From the human T2T-CHM13v2.0 reference genome, Homo sapiens: a DNA stretch of 64,000 nt. Made by a program: the position numbers and the translations under genes. The notes below the pieces were generated by a model. It searched no databases. It was not told the DNA's origin and worked only from the letters and a program-made list of their open reading frames with translations. This document shows positions 57,122 through 64,000 of this stretch, in pieces. How positions within the stretch are numbered: position 1 is the stretch's first letter; the number at the start of each line of letters is the position of its first letter. The stretch lies in NCBI RefSeq assembly GCF_009914755.1, contig NC_060928.1. The stretch is one strand, 5' to 3'.

Positions 57122-59514
57122 AAGAATTTAACAAACATTTATACTTCATGCTCAGATTCTGGGCTAAACAATAAGGAACAGTCTGTATGGCTATTAAAAC
57201 AAAAAGAAAATCCAGAAGGACAAAATTAATAAGTATGTTTCAAAACATGTCTCTGAGTTACATACCACAATAAACAACAATTTATATGATAGGATTTACA
57301 TTTAACTTTAAAAAGTAGAACTTTATGATTTACATAAAATAAAATTTATAAAACCAAAGTAAGTTGTACACAGCAAGGGTGTGGGTGTGTTATTCTGTTT
57401 CCCATTTCCTCACCCCCCATTTGGTGAAACAGGAGAAAAGTGCATACAGGAGACGTAGAGGAGGTAAGGACCTTTGGACCTTTTCTCTTGTTTTATCAAC
57501 AGGAAAGCATGACCACTTCCTTCTCTCATTCATATACAGTGATGTTCATGAATACATATGGTCAATAAAGCAGTAGCATTTTGTTTTCTATCTTCCTTTA
57601 TTATTAAACCCTTGGTTCTTCATTGAATGACACTCTTTTGTGTTAATAAGTTTGGGTCAAGTAGGTTGATGTATTTTCAGCACCTTTAAAAATAACATGG
57701 TTATTTTAAAGGAAGGAATGCACACAGCTGATAGGTAGTACAAGCAGGAAACCCACAGACAAGATAATATGTGTCATCAGCATCATGAAAAACCTCTTTG
57801 AATGGCAGGGATGGGCCTATAAAATATGAGCAAAGCAGAGTCTTTATTCTCTCCGCGCAGCAGTAAATAACAGAGGCTGTACTTTAGAAAAATCCTTGAC
57901 GAGTGATCTGGAATTCTTAATAAAAATCCAAGTATGTCAGATAGCTCTTAAAGGTTCATGTGAAATAACAAGAAAGCTATAATTCCATGACCTGGGGAAA
58001 TCCTTTATAAATTAAGTAGAACATTGTGCTTTGTGTTCTTCCTTTACTCAATCATATTCAGCTTCTGAAGGGCTGGGGGGAAGGGTAGAATGGCAAAAGA
58101 AGGATAAAAATGTGTTGTTCTACTTATCCACACTTCATTGATCCATCAGGATACTCATGATAATGCATTTATATCCTTGTCCTTGGCTTCATATGCAGCT
58201 ACAGAAGCTCTAAGTCTTGCTGGTAATCTTAATTAAGGACCCTTCAAAACTATTCCCTACTTTATAATGCGTCCACCTGAAGCCTTTGCTGATGAACATG
58301 CAGACAAAATAATTACCTAGTAACATATTTCTGCATATGAAAGGAAAACACAGTTTGTGAAGGGAAAAGCTGAAACCTCATTTTTTTTTTTTTTTGACAT
58401 GATACATTAGGACAGGAGGTAGTTTTATACAAGAGATATTAAGGCAGAAATTTCAACATGAAATTATTTTGAAAATTCCAGCATGGAATCATTTCAGGAT
58501 GACTTGAAATATGGAAGTAAGCAAAGAGAAAGAAGCCAAAAACAGTGTTTGCTTTTGGAAAAGGCAAAAAGAAATAAAAAGTTTTGCAGAAATATGTAAT
58601 TTTAAATTCAAGTTTTCAACACATTCAGGCTTATAATTTTGGGTAATATGAAATTAATATATTGCTACTATAATAATTGGTTGATTGATACATACATACG
58701 TACACACATATGTACATACTGACAAATAGCATGATCAGTCATAATCAAATGTCCTGCAATGAAAATGAGAGAAAAATTTAGCGAATGGAGTCTGAACAAG
58801 GTAACATTTTTAGTTGATTTCTCATTTTTTATTTATGACCTACAAATATATTTATACTAGGTTTCCAAGAAGAAAAAAATTATTAATTTGTAATAGTTGT
58901 AAAGTGAAAATATTAATAACATAAACACCTTGCTAGAATTTAAAAGCCTCCACTTCTCTCTTTGATTTGAAACAATGGACAAATTACTAAGACTTTTTAC
59001 CATACAGGTGCCTCATTACTAAAGATGATTATACTGACTTTCTTGCAGAGACTTTGAAAATTAATGAGATAGTAATCCCAATTCTAATGTTAAAATAGAA
59101 GTCAGAAAAGTGCTACATTACTTACTATAATGAGGAGCAAAATGCGGTCCTGAAATGGAAGCAAAATTGCTTTTGCTCAACTAAATGCAAGACCACTGAC
59201 CTACCATCTAAAAGTCTCCTCCAATCTCATACAACTGTGGGATTATTTTTTAACAGAAATTCCCTGTATAATTTATTACATGTTCTTATGAGATAAGGTA
59301 AATTAGAACCAAAGCACATGCAAAGCGATTTAATGACTAATAATCACATACCTTCAACTAAGCATTTCTTATCACAAAAAGACATTATTACGTTATTACT
59401 TGTAATCTCACGGGTGCCTGATTGCTCTACCACCATTTAATACACTACTGCCAGTGGTTATTGACAAGTAAATGATCACAGTGTCATCAATTTCTTCTGA
59501 ATAAATAAATAATG

Positions 59515-59805
59515 ATAATAATAGCTAATACTGAAGTGCCAGGCACATAGCAAGCACTCTCGAAGTGTTGGCTGTTATACTTGCCAGGCATTGTTCCAAG
59601 TGTTTTACATATATTCTTTTATTGAATGTTCTAATAACTCTATATCAGAAGTGTTTTATCGTTACCATTTACAGATGAGTAAACCAAGACAGAGATGTCA
59701 AGTAACTTGACCAAGGTCACCCAAGTAACTGTCAGAACCAAGATTTGAACCCAGGTCATTTGCTACAGAATCTGGGCTCTTGACCATCACTATCTACTGC
59801 CTTTG
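59515..59805 (+). mobile_element. MIR (MIRb-like)
   Basis: ccatttacagatgagtaaacc...aagtaacttgaccaaggtcac...gatttgaacccagg. Confidence 0.85.
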
Positions 59806-59946
59806 CAATAATTACATAACAAATAATTTGACACAGCATCTTAAGACAATCTGTTAATTTCTAAGAAAGATTTATCAAATGTTGAATATGCAAATTTAGA
59901 AATAATTGTAATCTATGAACTACAAAATGTTTTTAGAAATATCTCA

Positions 59947-60261
<315 letters not shown>

Positions 60262-60444
60262 TCATACTCAGTTTTGATGTTTATTATATATTATTTAAAT
60301 ATTATTATTTTATTAAGTATTCATAAACTGGATAATCCAGATGATCTTTATATCTGCAAGAGAATTAGAATTTATTAAATATTTAAGAAGGCATGAATAA
60401 CATTTTAATAAAAAATTACCTCCATAACTGGTTTAAAATAGTAG

Positions 60445-61308
60445 TGAAACAGAAGACTTCCAAGAGTTCCCTGATTCCCCTTGCAGGACGTGTCTAACAG
60501 AGGTGCGGCTCGGCTGTTTGGTCTCCCGACAGCTCAAACCCCTTACAGGAGGGTGAGCACACAGACAGGCAGGTGCAGGAAACCGGGAGGAGTGCCTTTG
60601 GGCTCCAGCCCCACAGAATCATCTAGGGGTGTGTGTCTGCGACTTCTGAAGTCCAAGTCGGCATATGTTACAGTGTGCTCCTTTAGCTTTGCCATCTGCA
60701 GATGGCTTGTGTGTTAATCAGCTCAATGGACCCTCGGCCTTATCACAAGGGCAGGGCCCCAGTGTGAGGGCCTTCTGTATCCCAAGCTCTTGCCCAGGGT
60801 CGCAAAAGAATCAGATCACATGCAGGCTTGAAGGATAAGTGCAATGTTTTATTGAGTGGTGGAGATGGCTTTCAGCAAGATGGATGAGGAGCCAGAAGGG
60901 GGAATGGAGAGGGAAGGTGGTCTTCCCCTGCAGTCAGGACTCCCAGTGGTGGGACTCTTTTCTGACTGCCCCTGGCCAAACTCCCCTCGGTGTCCAGACA
61001 TCCTTCCTCCTCTCTCTTTGTCTGCCACATCATTCCGTCATTGCTGGTCTGCTGGTCTGCTGGTCTGCTGGTCTGCTGGTCTGCTTGCCTCCTCGTCTCC
61101 TTGCTTGCAGGTCACATCTGGAGTGTGGGATTCGAGATTTATATGAGGGCAGGATGGGGGCATGGCAGACCAAAAGGGAGTTTTTTGGGTGTGAAAACAG
61201 AAATACCTGTCCTCATTTAGGGCTGCAGGTCTTCAGGCTTGATGGTGGGGCCTTTGCCAGGAAACCGCCGTCTTCTACCCAGTATTCACCGATCCCTGGT
61301 CTGTATCA
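60445..61308 (-). mobile_element. ERV1 solo LTR (LTR27/LTR28/MER52 group)
   Basis: Reverse complement begins tgatacagac...aatactgggtagaagacggcggtttcctggcaaaggccccacc; TG/CA ends; near-TSD gtag/ctag. Confidence 0.8.
61042..61085. repeat. (TGCTGGTC)5.5 perfect 8-mer tandem repeat inside the LTR
   Basis: Direct read. Confidence 0.95.
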
Positions 61309-62504
61309 CTAGCAACAAAAGAATTCTATAAATCTTTTTTTTGGATATACTTCTATATGGAAAACATTTGAAAAATGTTACTGTGCAGTGTGATGTCCCT
61401 CCTCCACACTGCCTGCCTTGTCGGTGCTCCTGTCTTTTGGTTGCCAGAACTCTGAGGAACTCCTTGAGTGTTAAACTAATCATTTTATAATACACAAATA
61501 TTACTTTGAACATTATAAATTATAAATTTATATTATAGGAAAAGCATAAAACAATTATATAGCCATTATAAAAGTACACAGAAGTTATTTGCCTTCAAAA
61601 TTCCAAATATTGCTTTGTTCTACTGACCACTGTTCATCATTTGGTGAGTTTCCACAAAATATTGCCTCTCCATTTTTACATGATGGTTTAATTATATCTT
61701 CTCCTCTTTCCCCTGATTTTTTCTCTTTCTTTTTTTAACAGTGGCGAAATAAGAGTAATGCATGCACGTAATTTTCTCTAACACAATTATTTGACTGGAT
61801 GGGGGAAAAAACAATCCTTTAAGTTTTGAATGAACTCATTTCCCCTTGCCTTGCAATCTGATAGAGGCTAGGCACCTCTAAGTCATAAATTATTCCACAA
61901 ATATGTATTGACTATCTACTCTGAGCCAGGAACTGGAGAAGTCAAGCCAATACCTTACAGTCTTCTTCTAAAACTAGCAAGTTTGGGGTTGACATCAAAA
62001 GTCTAGGTTTTGCAGTTACTTCAGAGTTCTAAATGAAGATCAGTTGCCAACATGTGGATGGACATGCAATGAAGATATGAAGGAATACAGAGGAACTTCT
62101 GAATTGGAAGCAAGTGGTGAGCCTGAGTAGATAATGTGTATAAATGGGTAAAATGAAAGAAAAATTAATGGCATCTTGCATGTTAATTATACAACTAAAA
62201 ATACTAAAGTCATGCCTTTTATAGTACATTTATTAAGTCGCTACTAAGTGACTTTTATTCCAATAAATGCTATGAGATTATCAAGTACACACAATTTTGT
62301 TTGTGACATGACTTCCTTTGGTACATACAATCCTGACAACTGTTTTGAATTTAAATTCATCAACACAATCTTAGCATATTTCCACAATAAATTCACTTGC
62401 CCGATCTCTCTCCAGTTATTAAGTTTTTTATAATCCGGTGCTTATGGGAAACTTTACCCTGAATTACTTTTTGGCACCCGAATTGTAGGAAACAGCATGG
62501 CCTT

Positions 62505-62660
62505 GTAGTCAGACAAAGTGATCTCAAACTTGGCTTTCCCCATTTTCCATCTCTGTGACCGTGAGTACAAAAATAACCCTCCTCTCAAAAATATAGCTAG
62601 TAATAGGTACTCCACCTGGTTGTTAATAGAATTAATCAGAAAGTACATGCAGTGCACCCA
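62505..62660 (-). mobile_element. MIR fragment
   Basis: tagtcagacaaagtgatctcaaacttggctt...tacctccacc-like motif and ggttgttaatagaattaa. Confidence 0.45.
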
Positions 62661-64000
62661 ATAAAATATCAGTCTCTCCCCTACTTAAATATTTCAACAT
62701 AGATTTCAAGATGTATGGGTGGAGATTTTATATAATTTGAAATAAATATTTTCTTCTAGTAGCAGTCCAAGAAATAGAAGATGTGAAAAAATACAGAGGA
62801 AGAATCAGTGCAGTGAGAAGACAGTCAGCTTTCTATTCTGGAATCAGCAAGAGATGGGAGTTAATAGTCTCTTCTGCATTGTGTTTTTGCTGAAGAAGTG
62901 CTTAGCATAAAAATTGTCTGGATTAGGGCAGATACTGGGCTTTCCTTAGGTTGCTCTTGGGCAGAACTATTTGAGTGGACTTGGAGGCCCCAAATTCTCA
63001 GGAGATTAAGCCAGCGGTAATAGGCCTGATCTGGCACTGTTTATCTCTTTGTATCCAGTAGGACAAGCCTTATTCACAGTAATGTAATTTCTGACGATGT
63101 TTATTTTTTTCCAGTTTTACCTGAAATTGATTTAAGTAACAAAGTGATAATCATGGGTATGAGCCAAGGGATCTTCCTTTCCAGGAAGAAAAATGTAAAA
63201 GCTTAGCCACAGCTGATGTTTGGCTTGGGGATTTAGGGAAAATCTGTGACACATTGCTTCTGAGGATGACTTCCATTCTGTGGCAGCCAGCAGCTGTGTG
63301 ATCGTATTTGAATGCAAACACCTGTAACATTTGGAAGGGTCTTTAACACCAGCTTCTCCTGGTATAGAAACTATTAAAATCAAGAGACCTTATTTTCTTC
63401 CTTACCTTTCAAATGTAAGTCTTCCTTAAGGTGGACAGAAAATGAATTGTTTCCTTCTTACCATCTGTTATTGTTTTTGCCTGAAGGCCTGACTGCCTTC
63501 CTACTCCCTAATAAACAAAGGGGCATTCTATTGACCAATTCATTTTCAAAGAGATTTTAAAAGGCATTAAGCAATCAATTCTCACATAGTGTCCAAATTG
63601 AGTCTCTCATTCATTCTCTTGCCTGAGAAGAACCTGAAAGCAATATTCACATAAAACATATTCACTCAGGGTATAGACAGTGTTGCTTTATGTATTAATA
63701 TTTACCAAGTTGCAGGATTCTTGAATACTGTATTTCATACTGGATTTATATTTTTACTTCTCTTCTTCTCTCTTTCCCTTTTTGAGTATGATATTTTAAA
63801 TTTTAAAATAATTAAGCTTTATATGCTCTTATATGTATTGTCATTCATTTTTTGGAGAAAACCTAATGTGACATCTGATAAAGAAATCAAAGTGCTGATA
63901 GTGGTAGTTACAAAGGCAAAGGGATAACTTGGTCAAATATTATCATTTCTTTTGACGTATGTCTTCCTTTCAACAATGAGATTTTGAACAATCGAGGTAT

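Noticed and set aside
60481-61312. Cluster of ORFs up to 157 aa
   Set aside because: All lie antisense within a GC-rich solo LTR and are prolonged by the 8-mer tandem repeat.
62760-63480. Possible coding exons near the window end (VQEIEDVKKY... on +; 83-aa ORF on -)
   Set aside because: No convincing acceptor/donor pair or recognisable protein similarity.

Overview
AT-rich human (or very closely related hominid) genomic DNA, intergenic or deep intronic. A consensus-identical AluYa5 points to Homo sapiens. I find no supportable host protein-coding exon, RNA gene, CRISPR array or prokaryote-type system, and the ORF track is explained by Alu/L1/LTR-derived or chance ORFs. The window is a mosaic of transposable elements: 13 Alu copies, a near full-length but dead L1PB-type LINE (~28.6-35.4 kb), a twin-primed 5'-inverted L1PA with a perfect 17-bp TSD, older L1M/L2/L3/MIR fragments, many solo LTRs (MLT1, MLT2A, LTR16, MER34, MER21, LTR27/MER52-type) and hAT MITEs. 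The observations most worth following up are: a very young 5'-truncated AluYa5; two independent short local duplications whose copies lie about 1.05 kb apart; a possible fossil non-LTR RT remnant; a strong non-coding minus-strand exon candidate downstream of an MLT2A LTR; and repeat-poor stretches with CTCF-like, E-box and SOX-like palindromic motifs. Repeat subfamily names come from recalled consensus features, not from a database search, and boundaries of old repeats are approximate. I do not see convincing evidence for a new biological system.
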